Shown: positions 23,830 to 38,064 of the stretch, one piece after another | Numbering within the stretch: the first letter of the stretch is position 1 | Layout: each line of letters starts with the position of its first letter | NCBI RefSeq assembly: GCF_001194135.2 | Contig: NC_068988.1 | Span: 13,904,212-13,945,745 of the forward strand | From: Octopus bimaculoides | Taxonomy: Eukaryota | Direction: 5' to 3' | DNA: 41,534 nt | Position numbers and translations under genes: made by a program | Notes under the pieces: generated by a model | The model's database searches: none | What the model saw: only the letters and a program-made list of their open reading frames with translations | Told to the model about the DNA's origin: nothing

Positions 23830-24015
23830 TGACCATGGTGAATGCTGAAACACCACCTTTAGTCGAATAAATCGACCATAGGACTTAACCTTTGTAAGGC
23901 TAGCACTTATTATATCGATCGCTTTTTGCCGAACCATTAAGTGACGGGGACGTAAACACACCAACATCGGTTGTCAAGCGATAGTGGGGGACAAACACAT
24001 ACACACACATACATG

Positions 24016-24066
<51 letters not shown>

Positions 24067-24217
24067 GACGGGTTTCTTTCAGTTTTCGTCTACCGAATCC
24101 ACTCACAAGGATTTTGTCGGCTCGAGGCTATAGCAGACACTTGCCCAAGGTGCCACGCAGTGGGACTGAACCGGTACCATGTGGTTGGGAAGCAAGCTTC
24201 TTACCACTCCTGCGCCT
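23830..24217 (-). mobile_element. Family B CORE-type SINE, young copy, internal (TA)n
   Basis: GACACTTGCCCAAGGTGCCACGCAGTGGGACTGAACCGG..GTGGTTGGGAAGCAAGCTTCTTACCACTCCT is the reverse complement of a tRNA-like head plus CORE. Confidence 0.9.
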
Positions 24218-24398
24218 TTATATATATATTCTTATTTATCTTAATAAGACATGTATAGATAATTTATTTCATTATACCTTATAATAAGTTATAAATTGCT
24301 TACACGTCTGCAGTGATATAAACAATCTTTAAATTAATGTAGACATTAAGTTAGCTCTTCAGGTTAATAAAAATCCTTGCAACGTTAGGTCGAGGGAC

Positions 24399-24516
24399 TA
24401 TTACCTCCAGCTTAGCGAAGGCAGAGTTATTATTCGCAGTCGTGTTTGTTTCTTTGTATGTCAGTGGACAAGATTTTGGGATCGATCCAGTACCGGAAAA
24501 GGATTCTGGATTATTT
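24399..24516 (+). mobile_element. Deleted remnant of a TTACCTCCGCC-type (Helentron/DINE-1-like) non-autonomous element
   Basis: TATTACCTCCAGCTTAGCGAAGGCAGAG (decayed terminal hairpin), GTTTGTTT.TTTGT and GATTTTGGGATCGATCC match this element type as I recall it. Confidence 0.55.
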
Positions 24517-24739
24517 GATGTATTTACTTTACTTTACATGATTACGATCTTACGTTCACTTTCAAGTCGTTCTCAGTTGTCTCCCTTTAGGCTGTTTCCA
24601 AAGTTTTATTTTCGATTCTCTATTATTAATTTTACTCGTGTCTTTATCTTAGCAGAAACTGATAGATAAAGAAATCAAACTACATAAACAAACGGCAGCA
24701 AAACCGTTCAGAAACTCCGGTGGGTTTCCTTCGACTGTG

Positions 24740-24951
24740 ACCCTTGTTGCTCTCATGTCTCTATCTGTGGGCAAATATCCGCTCCCTGGACAGGACGGCG
24801 GTCCGTCGCAAGGTTTCTCATTTTTACCGACTGAGTGGACTGCATCCATATGAAATGAAGTGTTTTTCTCATGAACACAACGCATCGTCCGCTCCAGGAA
24901 TGGAAACAGCGATCTTACGATCATGAATCCAACACCCTAACCACTAAGCCA
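24740..24951 (-). mobile_element. tRNA-derived SINE, family C
   Basis: Minus head TGGCTTAGTGGTTAGGGTGTTGGATTCATGATCGTAAGATCGCTGTTTCCATTCCTGG (A/B-box-like), then GCGTTGTGTTCATGAGAAAAACACTT and CCACTCAG..AAAAATGAG. Confidence 0.75.
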
Positions 24952-25351
24952 TATATATATATATACATANNNNNNNNNNNNNNNNNNNNNNNNNNNNNNN
25001 NNNNNNNNNNNNNNNNNNNNNNNNNNNNNNNNNNNNNNNNNNNNNNNNNNNNNNNNNNNNNNNNNNNNNNNNNNNNNNNNNNNNNNNNNNNNNNNNNNNN
25101 NNNNNNNNNNNNNNNNNNNNNNNNNNNNNNNNNNNNNNNNNNNNNNNNNNNNNNNNNNNNNNNNNNNNNNNNNNNNNNNNNNNNNNNNNNNNNNNNNNNN
25201 NNNNNNNNNNNNNNNNNNNNNNNNNNNNNNNNNNNNNNNNNNNNNNNNNNNNNNNNNNNNNNNNNNNNNNNNNNNNNNNNNNNNNNNNNNNNNNNNNNNN
25301 NNNNNNNNNNNNNNNNNNNNNNNNNNNNNNNNNNNNNNNNNNNNNNNNNNN

Positions 25352-27190
<1,839 letters not shown>

Positions 27191-27728
27191 TTTATTTCAA
27201 TGTGATCGAGTAATACCAACGCTGGTGAGTATTTACAGTTTCTTAAGGTAAATATCTTCGTAGAATGTCTGGCAGCCATACTAAAATGAAATTTAAAAAG
27301 ACAAACTGAAAGAAGTAATATTAACAGAAGCCTATACAATTCTCGTTTCGGTCTCGTATTGTTCCTAGCATTAAAACCATTAAATTGAGAACTTTCTATT
27401 CTTAAGGTAAAAGCAGTTATTCTTAAAGTCTCAAGTAAAGAAGAGACATCATTCACATCCTAAATGCTCTGGAAATAGTTGAGAAAGCAAAAGACGAGAA
27501 ACAGTATATCATGTGACATTTGACGTCACCGATATCTGGCTGTTACCCTGAAAAGAGACTGTAGCAATTTTCTTATTTAAACAATAAGATATGACGGAAA
27601 TTCGGTTGCTTTACTTGGCAAATCGTAGGCTTCTCTATCGTTGACTAGCGGATCTGCAATTTTAAATGACTAAAACCGACTAGAGATAAATCCTTCCTTA
27701 AATATAACATCAGTCTATTGCATGTGAT

Positions 27729-27933
27729 TGGGAGAGTGGGCAGGAGTTGTTTGTATGTAGTCCTGTGGCTAAAGTTTAGGTTGTTAGTCATAACAAACTT
27801 TAACAGAGTGCATACACAAATAGCTATTCACACATAAAACTCATTCTGCCACTTAGCACGAGGAATCTACACAGTTAACAACCTAGACTTTAGCCACTGG
27901 ACTACATGCAAACGACTCCTGTCTACTCTCCCA
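27729..27933. mobile_element. MITE-like element with ~58-bp imperfect TIRs
   Basis: TGGGAGAGTGGGCAGGAGTTGTTTGTATGTAGTCCTGTGGCTAAAGTTTAGGTTGTTA (27729-27786) is inverted at 27876-27933 with ~8 mismatches. Confidence 0.75.
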
Positions 27934-27969
27934 TTTGGCAGATTAAATTTAGAGTGTCTTGATTGTAAT

Positions 27970-28259
27970 AAACATGTTTACTCAACCGTGTCGGCCTTCA
28001 TTTTAGGTGTAAAATATACTGTCACGTGACACTAACGCACGGTCGTAGTGGGAAACGCACTAAAGGTTCTAAATTTAATCACGTGTTCATTCTCTACAGA
28101 CACTTGACAGAAAACATTCAGAGCATTGATTATTTGGTACTGTCATCAGACATGTTCAATCAACCGTGTCAGCCTTAACTTACGACGCCAAGCATTGTCA
28201 CTTGATACCAACACACTGGCGTAGCGGGGAACGTAAACAATTTCTAAGACAGTCATGTG
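27970..28259 (+). repeat. Diverged direct repeat dimer, period ~179 bp
   Basis: ACATGTT..TCAACCGTGTC.GCCTT..TGTCAC.TGA.AC.AAC.CAC...CGTAG.GGGAA occurs at ~27970-28085 and ~28149-28259. Confidence 0.7.
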
Positions 28260-29034
28260 ACTATCCTCAACCAATCAAGTCATATTCAAAAGATATACTA
28301 ATTTGAGCTATGAACTCCCCAATAAAAATAGGGCAAGCTTCAGACACTAGTCGGAAGCAAAACAGCTGCGACATAAGCTACGTCTTTCTATTTGAAATTT
28401 TTGAAAATCAGTATAAACTATGAAACCGGTTAAATCATTAAATATAATAATAAAAAGATATTTTAACTATTTCCAGTGCATTTTTAACTTCTATTTTTCC
28501 TATGTATATATATATATATACATTTATGCGTGTGAGAGAGAGGGAGAGAGATAAGTTTGTGATATAACCCTTATAAATATGTATAAGAATGTATATATGT
28601 TGGTATGCGTGTATGTTATATATGTACATATGTATGTACATATACGTACATGCGTGTTATGCAAGTATATCTTCACGCATGTATACATGTGTATAACAGA
28701 GTGAGTGTGTGATATGCAGTGGTGAAAAACCCTGACTGATTTTTGGTAATAACGTTACAACCACAATGCTAATGCCTACATATTATTTTCGTTAATAATA
28801 ACTCCATAACACAAGAGTTACAATAATACGCTTTATATTAAATATTGACTTATCTTCTCTTTCCTTTAGCTTTTTATTGGATCAACTCCCATCAATTGTT
28901 TGAATTCCTATTTAGTTCTAATCCAGAAACACCATCAATACACAGGACTTTATCGAGTAAATATTTGACCATACTGACACAGTCAACATGGGTCTCAGTG
29001 TCAGTCTTTCTGACTGTTTGTCTGTACGTCTGTC

Positions 29035-29145
29035 TCTCTCTCAGTGTCTCTCTCTCTCAGTGTCTCTCTCTCTCAGTGTCTCTCTCTTTCAGTGTCTCTC
29101 TCTCTCAGTGTCTCTCTCTCTGTGTCTCTCTTTCTTTCAGTGCCT
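29035..29145 (+). repeat. (CAGTGTCTCTCTCT)n minisatellite, 14-16-nt units
   Basis: Direct reading, about six units. Confidence 0.9.
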
Positions 29146-30422
29146 CTCTTTTTTCCCCCTTCCTAAACACATGCCTGACAATTCGCCCAATCAACTCATC
29201 TTGTCCTCACTTTCTCCCCCGTTCTGTCACCCCTTTCTCTATCCCCCTCTCTCCTCCTTGTACCCCTACTCTCCCTCCCCTCTCCAGAGCAGAACCTGCT
29301 CTGTTCTTTTCTCTCTCTCTTTGCCCCCCTTTTTTTCTTTTCCAATTTGTCCCTTCCTCTCCATCCATCAATATATCCATCTATCCATTCATTCACTCGT
29401 TCATCCATCGGTCCAGCTATTCAACCATCCATCTATTCTTCTATCTATTCATCCGTCTTTATATCTGTGTGGCTACACACACGTAAACAGTTACCACACA
29501 CACACACACGCACGCACAATACACCTAATTATAAGTGGAAACAGGTAAGGAAATAATAATCACCGATAAAAATAATAGGATATTAGCCTGGTATTGCTCC
29601 AGATCAGCTTATAGCACTCTAGTCGGCTCCTTATGTTAAAGCCACGTAGTTAATCTGAGGAGTTAGTACGCCAGTTAAAAGATTACGCTCTTTTCCTCAC
29701 AAGCTACTGCGAAATATTCTATGTTCAAAACTCCCTCTTCGTCTTGATAAATGTAAGACATAATCGTATGATCTGCTACCAATAAAATCAGTAACTTGAT
29801 AATGCTGCAATGTCTGCGGTAATAATTCATTCTCTCCTTATAGTGTGTAGCTATTTTGCAGATTCCTTGAGAATTATTATCTTTAAAAAATGTTAAAAGA
29901 ATGTCTATAAATCTATGAGTTTACAAAAAATAACTAGTTTATTGAAAGAAAATTCTCACTCACTCTCTCTCTAACTCTCATTTACATACACACTCACGCA
30001 CGAACACATACACGTTCGCCCCCCCTCCATACACACCCACACAAATACACACACTCACATGCACACATACACACAGTTACGCACACACAAATTTGATACC
30101 TTTTCAAATATGTTCAAGAGATGTTTCAATCCGAAAAAAGACTTTTCATTGCAGTTTGTTAAAAAGAAGTATTCTCGCTGGACACAAAAAGACATGAAAA
30201 AACACCATGGTCAGTTCAGACTGGTGGATGCATATGTTTCGAAGTAGTTATCAGCTCCTCAACACTGATACCAAAGCCATGCAATTCCAAACTGATTAAG
30301 AAACTAGGTTTGTCTTATAAAAGACAAAATTATTGACTGGTGTTACGTTTCTCCATGATAAATTGACATGAGATGTCTTTTTACAGGTTCAAATATCTTT
30401 TAAACATATTTCAACTGGAGTA

Positions 30423-30615
30423 AAGGTTATTTGCCAACGTAACAACGCAGTCCTGGTTTAGGACGAATGTTGCTGTAATTTAGATTCCCTTGTTCGAAAA
30501 ATGTAAGGACACATATCGTGTCGTATAGCCAGCTGGAGACGATGTCTCTTGAGGCTAAATTACAGCAACATTCGTCCTAAACCAGGACTGCGTTGTTACG
30601 TTGGCAAATAACCTT
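30423..30615. mobile_element. MITE with perfect 61-bp TIRs and TA duplication
   Basis: AAGGTTATTTGCC..GCTGTAATTTAG (30423-30483) is an exact inverse of 30555-30615. Spacer is 71 bp, with TA at 30421-30422 and 30616-30617. Confidence 0.85.
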
Positions 30616-32466
30616 TACTCTCTCGTTGTGAGATTTAAAAATAGTAATTTTCTAATATTTCAACTGGTATCAAGTTTGCTTTCCTAAATCACGGCTTGGC
30701 TCATCTTCTTCTCATNNNNNNNNNNNNNNNNNNNNNNNNNNNNNNNNNNNNNNNNNNNNNNNNNNNNNNNNNNNNNNNNNNNNNNNNNNNNNNNNNNNNN
30801 NNNNNNNNNNNNNNNNNNNNNNNNNNNNNNNNNNNNNNNNNNNNNNNNNNNNNNNNNNNNNNNNNNNNNNNNNNNNNNNNNNNNNNNNNNNNNNNNNNNN
30901 NNNNNNNNNNNNNNNNNNNNNNNNNNNNNNNNNNNNNNNNNNNNNNNNNNNNNNNNNNNNNNNNNNNNNNNNNNNNNNNNNNNNNNNNNNNNNNNNNNNN
31001 NNNNNNNNNNNNTATATATATTCATACATATATGTTTATATATGTATAGAAATGTGTAAATATATATAATAAATATTGTAAAACTGAAGAAGCATGCGAT
31101 ACATAGTAGAGCATGATGTTTATTTTACGATATGTGTGTAAGCTGAGTGTGTCTGTGCATGTGTAAATGTGTTTGTATTTGCATGAGTCATCGAAGCTGC
31201 AGAGCGAAGAAATGTCCACCTGCAGACACAAAGTTTTGAGTAGCAATCGACCCAAGAAACCATTTCATATATATATATATATATAGACATACATGCATAT
31301 ACATACACAAATACACTATCCCATACACATATACCTGCTAGCAATTTTTTTATACGCGTCTATCTAGGTAGCGTCTGAATTGATACATAAGTATCGGTTT
31401 GTCTAATGTCGATACCTGTACTGTAGTTGAAGTTTAATTAATGTTTAGAAATAAGAAGTGAAATAAATACAACCACAGTCACAGAACATATACACATAGA
31501 ACAGATATTCACGCTTAACATATACGAACATATAACTGCACGGACATAAGCGCACGCAATGCATACTAAGACGACCGGATATAACCACCAACTTATATTC
31601 AGAAGGATATATATAGTCACAAGAACACATATTCAAAAGAAAGCAAAACGTAGATATTTACAAATGCACCCAGACATAAAGAAAAAAACAAATTACGAAA
31701 GTAAGAGAATTTAAGAAAAACACGAACCATAAAAAAACCCCCATAAATGAGACGAGACGGAAGTTACCAGCAGATGTACTCAATTCACTGGAAAAATAAC
31801 ATGTATCGCTAATATCCTGCCTTTCTCATCTGCTTTTCCCTGCCCATCTTTCTTTCAACTCTTTGTTTATTTTCAGATTCTTTCTATTACTTCTTATTCT
31901 GCTCATTTCAACGTTCTTTCGTCATTTTGTCATTTTTTTCTCTTGTAGCGTTCTCTTTAAATATTCTCTCTTGTTTTTCTTCTCAGTCTACTTTGTTCTT
32001 CCTTTTTCTAAATATTTTCTCATTCCCTCTTTCTCTTCTGTTATTTGTGCACGTATCGATTGGAATATCCTTTACTGAAATCTAATCCAAGCCAGTAAAA
32101 CACGCAGGAAGGCTAATCCCTGTAAACGTTTATCATTTAGACAAGGAAAAAAGTTAATTCCTCAGCTAACATTTGTTAATCGATAACTATCAAGTTAAGT
32201 GACCCTATCGTTTGAAAAGGGCATGAAGTGCAAGCGGTAAATGTTATAATGGATCTCTAAATGTTACTACGTCTCGGAATTATTGAATCTAAAATGGAAG
32301 GAATGTACTCGCTGTTCGTGAAGATAATCCTGGAATAGAAGTCTGTTGTGGGTTAATGAGAAAAATTTGAATGTTGAAAGTGATTCTTTGGTGAGTTTTT
32401 GAAGGTAGAAACTATGTCGCATCGTCATGTCGTTGATGAAGAACCAGTATATGTATATATACATAT

Positions 32467-32497
<31 letters not shown>

Positions 32498-32699
32498 NNN
32501 NNNNNNNNNNNNNNNNNNNNNNNNNNNNNNNNNNNNNNNNNNNNNNNNNNNNNNNNNNNNNNNNNNNNNNNNNNNNNNNNNNNNNNNNNNNNNNNNNNNN
32601 NNNNNNNNNNNNNNNNNNNNNNNNNNNNNNNNNNNNNNNNNNNNNNNNNNNATATATATATATTTATTTATTTATGTGTTTCAGCCAAGTGGCTGCGGT

Positions 32700-32703
32700 C
32701 ATG

Positions 32704-32782
<79 letters not shown>

Positions 32783-32830
32783 GAGTGAGAGAGAGATGGA
32801 GTGTGAGAGAGAGAGAGAAAGAGACTGAGA
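32700..32830 (+). repeat. (GATA)n/(GA)n microsatellite
   Basis: Direct reading. Confidence 0.95.
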
Positions 32831-33577
32831 GACTACAGTGTTTAATGCGTGACACAAACGCAGAATGAGCCAAGTGACTGTAAGAGAGGATAAAGTCCAG
32901 AATCCGAGGAAATTAGTGATGTTCTGTATCAGATACAACTAATCCAAAGGATGTCTAGATGATAGACGCCAGACGGATTAGAAAAGTTCAATAAATTCAA
33001 ATGATGTGAGGCGTGAAGCATCTAACATTTCAGGACGAAAGAGTCATCACACCCGGCAATAATTGAATTGGAGATAAGAAAGCTGAGATATTGTAAACAA
33101 AACCCGATTTAATTGTTGTTGTTGGTGTGGTGCTCGTGGTTTTAATGCCATTGCTGTTTGGCCGTTGATCAGTCATGCTTTAACAGACCTATGATCTTTT
33201 CTTGAACTAGCGTATATATATGACGAACTATCGGCGCCGAGTTCAAATCTCGCCGAGGCCAACTTTGCCCTTCATTCATTCAGAGTCGATAAATATGTAC
33301 CTCACTCGGCCTGAATTTGTCATCATAATATTGTGAAAACTAGAAATAATTTCTTTTTAAGATGAAAATAAATTTTTTGCTTCTGTTTAGTATGACTTGG
33401 CTCTCGAACCTGCCTCCATTTTGTTAGTGGTTTTGAGAAAGGCATGAATGCCCTAAACTCCCGTTGACCTTTATATTTACCACCCTTTGCACATAATACA
33501 TTTTATCCTTCAATTTTATTGAAATACTACATTACGAAATAACACCTTTTTTTCCGAACACAGCTTAATATTGTTAG

Positions 33578-33790
33578 TACGGTGGTGAGCTGGCAGAACC
33601 GTTAACACGTCGGACAAAATGCTTAACGGCATTTCTTCCGGCTCTTTACGTTTCGAGTTCAAATCCCATCAAGTTTAACTTTGCTTTTCATCCTTCCAGG
33701 GTTGATAAAATAAAGTACCATTCAAATACTGGAGTCGATGTAATCCATGTGACACTTCCTCTCAAAATTGCAGGCATTGAAATCTGCAAT
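33578..33790 (+). mobile_element. Family A SINE; further plus-strand copies at ~33230-33300 and ~34068-34230
   Basis: GGTGGTGAGCTGGCAGAACCGTTAACACG..GAGTTCAAATCCC..CTTTGCTTTTCATCC..GTTGATAAAATAAAGTACC. Confidence 0.8.
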
Positions 33791-34617
33791 GAACCGGCGT
33801 GAAGTTCAGAGGGATTGATGGGATCTCGTCACTTATATACCGTGGAAACTTTGTAATCAGCCTTATCAATCATAGAACTCGAGAAAAAATATTGTTTGCA
33901 TTTCACATGAAAATGCATTATAGCTATTCTTATTTTGAAGCGCTGTACATGAAGAAATGTAATAAATACAACCAGTATGATACAGTATTTAATTACTGAA
34001 CTGGAGAAAAGATATGAACAATGTGCTGTCGAATTAAGTACAACACGGTATCGATACTAGTTTCCTATAAGGCGACGAGCTGGTAGAATCGTTAGCACGC
34101 CGGGTAAAATGCTCTGAATTCAAATTCCACCGAGGGTGACTTTGCCTTTCATCCTTTCAGTGTCAATAAGATAAGTTGCAGACCCTTCCCCAACACTGCT
34201 GGCCTTGTGCCAAAATTTGAAACCAATATTGGTTTTCTATTTCTGCAACGATAACAGGATCGTATGAAGGAAAATGAAAAACAAATAATGATTAGCAATA
34301 AATTGTATCGAAATACTAATTTTTTCTTACTGAATTCGACTTCAATACTTGTTTAAAACATGATTATATCGTATTTTAATAACACATTCATTATACTATC
34401 ATCATAATTTTGACTAAAATTTATTAATGTTTCTGCATATTTGAATAAATATTAGTTTTTAACGATATATAACAGCAAGACATATAAGTGTCGTATTGAA
34501 AATAACGTAAAACTTATAGATTCAGAGCTTTTTCTGTCTAGCTAAAAGATAGGCTTTGATGAAGGAACTACTATTTAGAATGTATTTTAATAGAAGGAAA
34601 GCAATTAAACAATTTTA

Positions 34618-35039
34618 CGTACATACATACATACATACTACATACATACATACATGCATGCATACATACATACAAACATGCATACATACATACATACATA
34701 CATACATACATACTACATACATACATACATACATACATACATACATACTACATACATACATACATGCATACATACATACATACATANNNNNNNNNNTACA
34801 TACATACATACTACATACATACATACATACATACATACATACATACTACATACATACATACATGCATACATACATACATACATACATGCATACTACATAC
34901 ATACATACATACATACATACTACATACATACATACATGCATACATACATACATACTTACATACATGCATACATGCATACATTCATACATACATTCATACA
35001 TACATATGTATTGTGTGCGTGTGTGTGTGTGCGTGTGTG

Positions 35040-35085
<46 letters not shown>
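34618..35085 (+). repeat. (TACA)n + (TG)n compound microsatellite
   Basis: Direct reading. Confidence 0.95.
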
Positions 35086-35086
<1 letters not shown>

Positions 35087-35691
35087 ACTCTTAAGTAAAA
35101 CTGCAGATGTCTGCAAGAAAGAACTCGGTAGTTCAAAATTNNNNNNNNNNNNNNNNNNNNNNNNNNNNNNNNNNNNNNNNNNNNNNNNNNNNNNNNNNNN
35201 NNNNNNNNNNNNNNNNNNNNNNNNNNNNNNNNNNNNNNNNNNNNNNNNNNNNNNNNNNNNNNNNNNNNNNNNNNNNNNNNNNNNNNNNNNNNNNNNNNNN
35301 NNNNNNNNNNNNNNNNNNNNNNNNNNNNNNNNNNNNNNNNNNNNNNNNNNNNNNNNNNNNNNNNNNNNNNNNNNNNNNNNNNNNNNNNNNNNNNNNNNNN
35401 NNNNNNNNNNNNNNNNNNNNNNNNNNNNNNNNNNNNNNNNNNNNNNNNNNNNNNNNNNNNNNNNNNNNNNNNNNNNNNNNNNNNNNNNNNNNNNNNNNNN
35501 NNNNNNNNNNNNNNNNNNNNNNNNNNNNNNNNNNNNNNNNNNNNNNNNNNNNNNNNNNNNNNNNNNNNNNNNNNNNNNNNNNNNNNNNNNNNNNNNNNNN
35601 NNNNNNNNNNNNNNNNNNNNNNNNNNNNNNNNNNNNNNNNNNNNNNNNNNNNNNNNNNNNNNNNNNNNNNNNNNNNNNNNNNNNNNNNNNN

Positions 35692-35742
<51 letters not shown>

Positions 35743-36520
35743 TACCATGTGTGTGGGCCAAAAACTGGCGCATGTCCGTGAGTGCATTTATGCTAATCAA
35801 TCGAATGTCCTTTCTCTGGAAGCGGTTGAGGATATCTGTGTTAAGCAGTGGTTCATCGTGAACAGAATGTTCTAGATGTGAGAGCAGCAGTCCATTCTAA
35901 GTATCAGTTGAGCTTTGGTGTTTAAAGGTATTTTCTAGCTTTGAAGAGAAGACCTAAATTTTGAAACGTAGTTCTAGCTGAGGTTTTTGCATTTAACGCA
36001 TTTGAGAGGGTTCTAGTTGTGCGCTGCTCACCTTCAAAAGAATAAAATGTGATGTTGACGCTTCCTTGATATGAGTTGTTTCCGTGGTTTTACTTTTTGG
36101 TTGTTGAAATCTCAGTAGAGTCTGTTCTCAAGGTTTCTATCCATGGAGTCAGTACTCTGTTCATGTTCCAAGACTCATCTTACGAATACGTTATGATGCA
36201 CCATGAGTGATGTTTCTGGCGTCTGAGGATGTTTTGGTTATTTCAACATCAGAATCCCGAATCCAATTGATCCAGTTAGTATTGATCATGTCCCAGCTAG
36301 TATTCAATCAGCGTAGCAGCACCAGCAAACCAGTGATCTGCTCTCTTTACCCAAAGCCATCTAGTAGCCATCAATGCAAATTCGATGCTGGTGTGTATGG
36401 TTATCTTCCTTATCGCTCGTGTAGCAAAGAAGACGGCCTTATATCCAATCATCGAAGCTGGAAAGAAGGTCACTAGATGGTTTTGGACAAAGTGGACAAA
36501 CCAATAGCATACTGCTACCT
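35085..36520 (-). mobile_element. Highly decayed CR1/L2/Jockey-group LINE (RT and C-terminal region), split by (GA)n and a gap
   Basis: Minus fragments across stops and frameshifts: QY..SSDLL, TGLL, NITHGAS*R (relic GVPQGS), FQNLGLLFKARKY, MDCCSHI*, DILNRFQRKDIRLISINALTDMRQFLAHTHGISSLSL. A possible ELPSS..HLQF..RVN end lies at 35085-35140 (less certain). Confidence 0.7.
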
Positions 36521-36769
36521 AGATGCAGGCTTGCACTTAATCAAGTTGACAAGTGGTTACGCAAGAAATAAATGCAATTTTGTCTTTATATTATGAAATT
36601 GTATACCTGTTGTTTTATACTCGGAATAACTAGCATTTATGTCAATGAAATATTATTATATATTCAGCCAGGGATTAAGTAAAGCAAGGTAAAGGACTAT
36701 TGCAATAAAAGAAACGTTTAATACATTAAAATGTTTTATTACGGTTTAGAGATATATAAAAGTAAATAA

Positions 36770-36975
36770 TCTTTTCTACGCTAGGCACAAGGCTCGAAAC
36801 TTTTGAGGAGGGGCCAGTCGATTAGATCGATCCCAGTACGGAACTGGTACTTAGTTTATCGACCCTGGAAGGATAAGTCGACCTCTGCGGAATTTGAACT
36901 TAGAACATAAAGACAAACGAAATACCACTAAGCATTTCGCCCGACGTGCTAATGTCTATGCCAGCTCGCCGCCTT
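36770..36975 (-). mobile_element. Family A SINE
   Basis: Full head GCCAGCTCGCCGCCTT through tail TCTACGCTAGGCACAAGG. Confidence 0.85.
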
Positions 36976-37148
36976 TATAGAAAAAGCAAAAAATAAAATA
37001 GGTTTATCAATGAAGTTGACTTTCAAGTTACTAAAAACTATTTTCTAAAAAAAGATGGGTATTCTTGGCCAGAATAAATTACATAAGTAAAAATAATGAT
37101 ATACAATAAATACACACACACACACACACACACACAAATCTCTTAAGC

Positions 37149-37418
37149 TTATTGTGTGCATGATGGATTAACGGAGAATCTTGCCTCTCGCAATATAGAA
37201 ACATTTCCTATAGTACTAGCTGACAAAATAGAAAAAGTGTTGCCCCGGAGGACAACGAGGGAGAAGCGCTGGAACAGCCATTTTGACACACGGGGCCTGC
37301 ACTTGAGGACAGCAATTTCCGATCCGATAATGGTGAGCAGGGATATAGTCCGTGGGCCAAGAACGCCGGAAGTCTCAACTGCTACAGGCTCGACTAAAAG
37401 CCTATTGGAGAGCGACCG
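37149..37418 (-). mobile_element. 3' fragment of a CRE-like RLE non-LTR retrotransposon
   Basis: Open minus frame RSLSNRLLVEPVAVETSGVLGPRTISLLTIIGSEIAVLKCRPRVSKWLFQRFSLVVLRGNTFSILSA matches the PxAVETxGxxG...WLxQRxSxxxxRGN C-terminus of CRE-type restriction-like endonuclease domains. Confidence 0.8.
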
Positions 37419-37857
37419 AAACCATGACAGTTTGAAGAGTACGATAGTACTATTTCATGGCTTTCAAAAAGGTGAAACCATTTTAGCATTTACGCTAATT
37501 TGTGTTCTACAGAACGCTAAAGAGCTCCAGTTTGGCGGTAAATAGTAATATGATAATCGAGAAGAAGATAACTAAGGTTAAACAACTCTGATTAAAACTC
37601 TAATAAATGTACGATAACATAATGCGGACGTAACATTTAAATATCAAATAATGATAGATTTGGAAGAAAAAGATAATTTTGTGGATTGATTCAGTAAAAG
37701 AACACGAATTAAATCAACCTATCGCACTGACCTTCTCTCTCGCACTCACACACGAACACATGCAAGCATTCACATACACATGAAAGCATACACACACAAA
37801 CACACACACATTCTTACATATACACAAATACACCGAAAAGTGTTTATATATATAATT

Positions 37858-37889
<32 letters not shown>

Positions 37890-38064
37890 CACATAAATTC
37901 ACACATATAATATATATATACATAAGCATAAAAATACATATATACACACATACATATACATATATGTATGCATATGTACATATGTGTATGTGCGTGTGTG
38001 TGTGAATATGCAATTGTAAATATGGGAATTAGTAAACTTCATCCCCGGGAATACTTGTATATTT

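Noticed and set aside
24355-24669. 105-codon frame with acceptor CTCTTCAG and a signal-peptide-like LLFAVVFVSLYVSG
   Set aside because: The hydrophobic part is the GTTTGTTT tract of a TTACCTCC-type non-autonomous element remnant.
28100-28155. CUGAUGA on the minus strand (also CTGACGA at ~829 and ~9372) as further hammerheads
   Set aside because: No correctly placed GAAA, NUH or helix I partner.
37156-37545. 129-aa plus-strand ORF with a possible GTGAGC donor
   Set aside because: The minus strand matches a CRE-like endonuclease C-terminus, so the plus ORF is best read as its antisense shadow.
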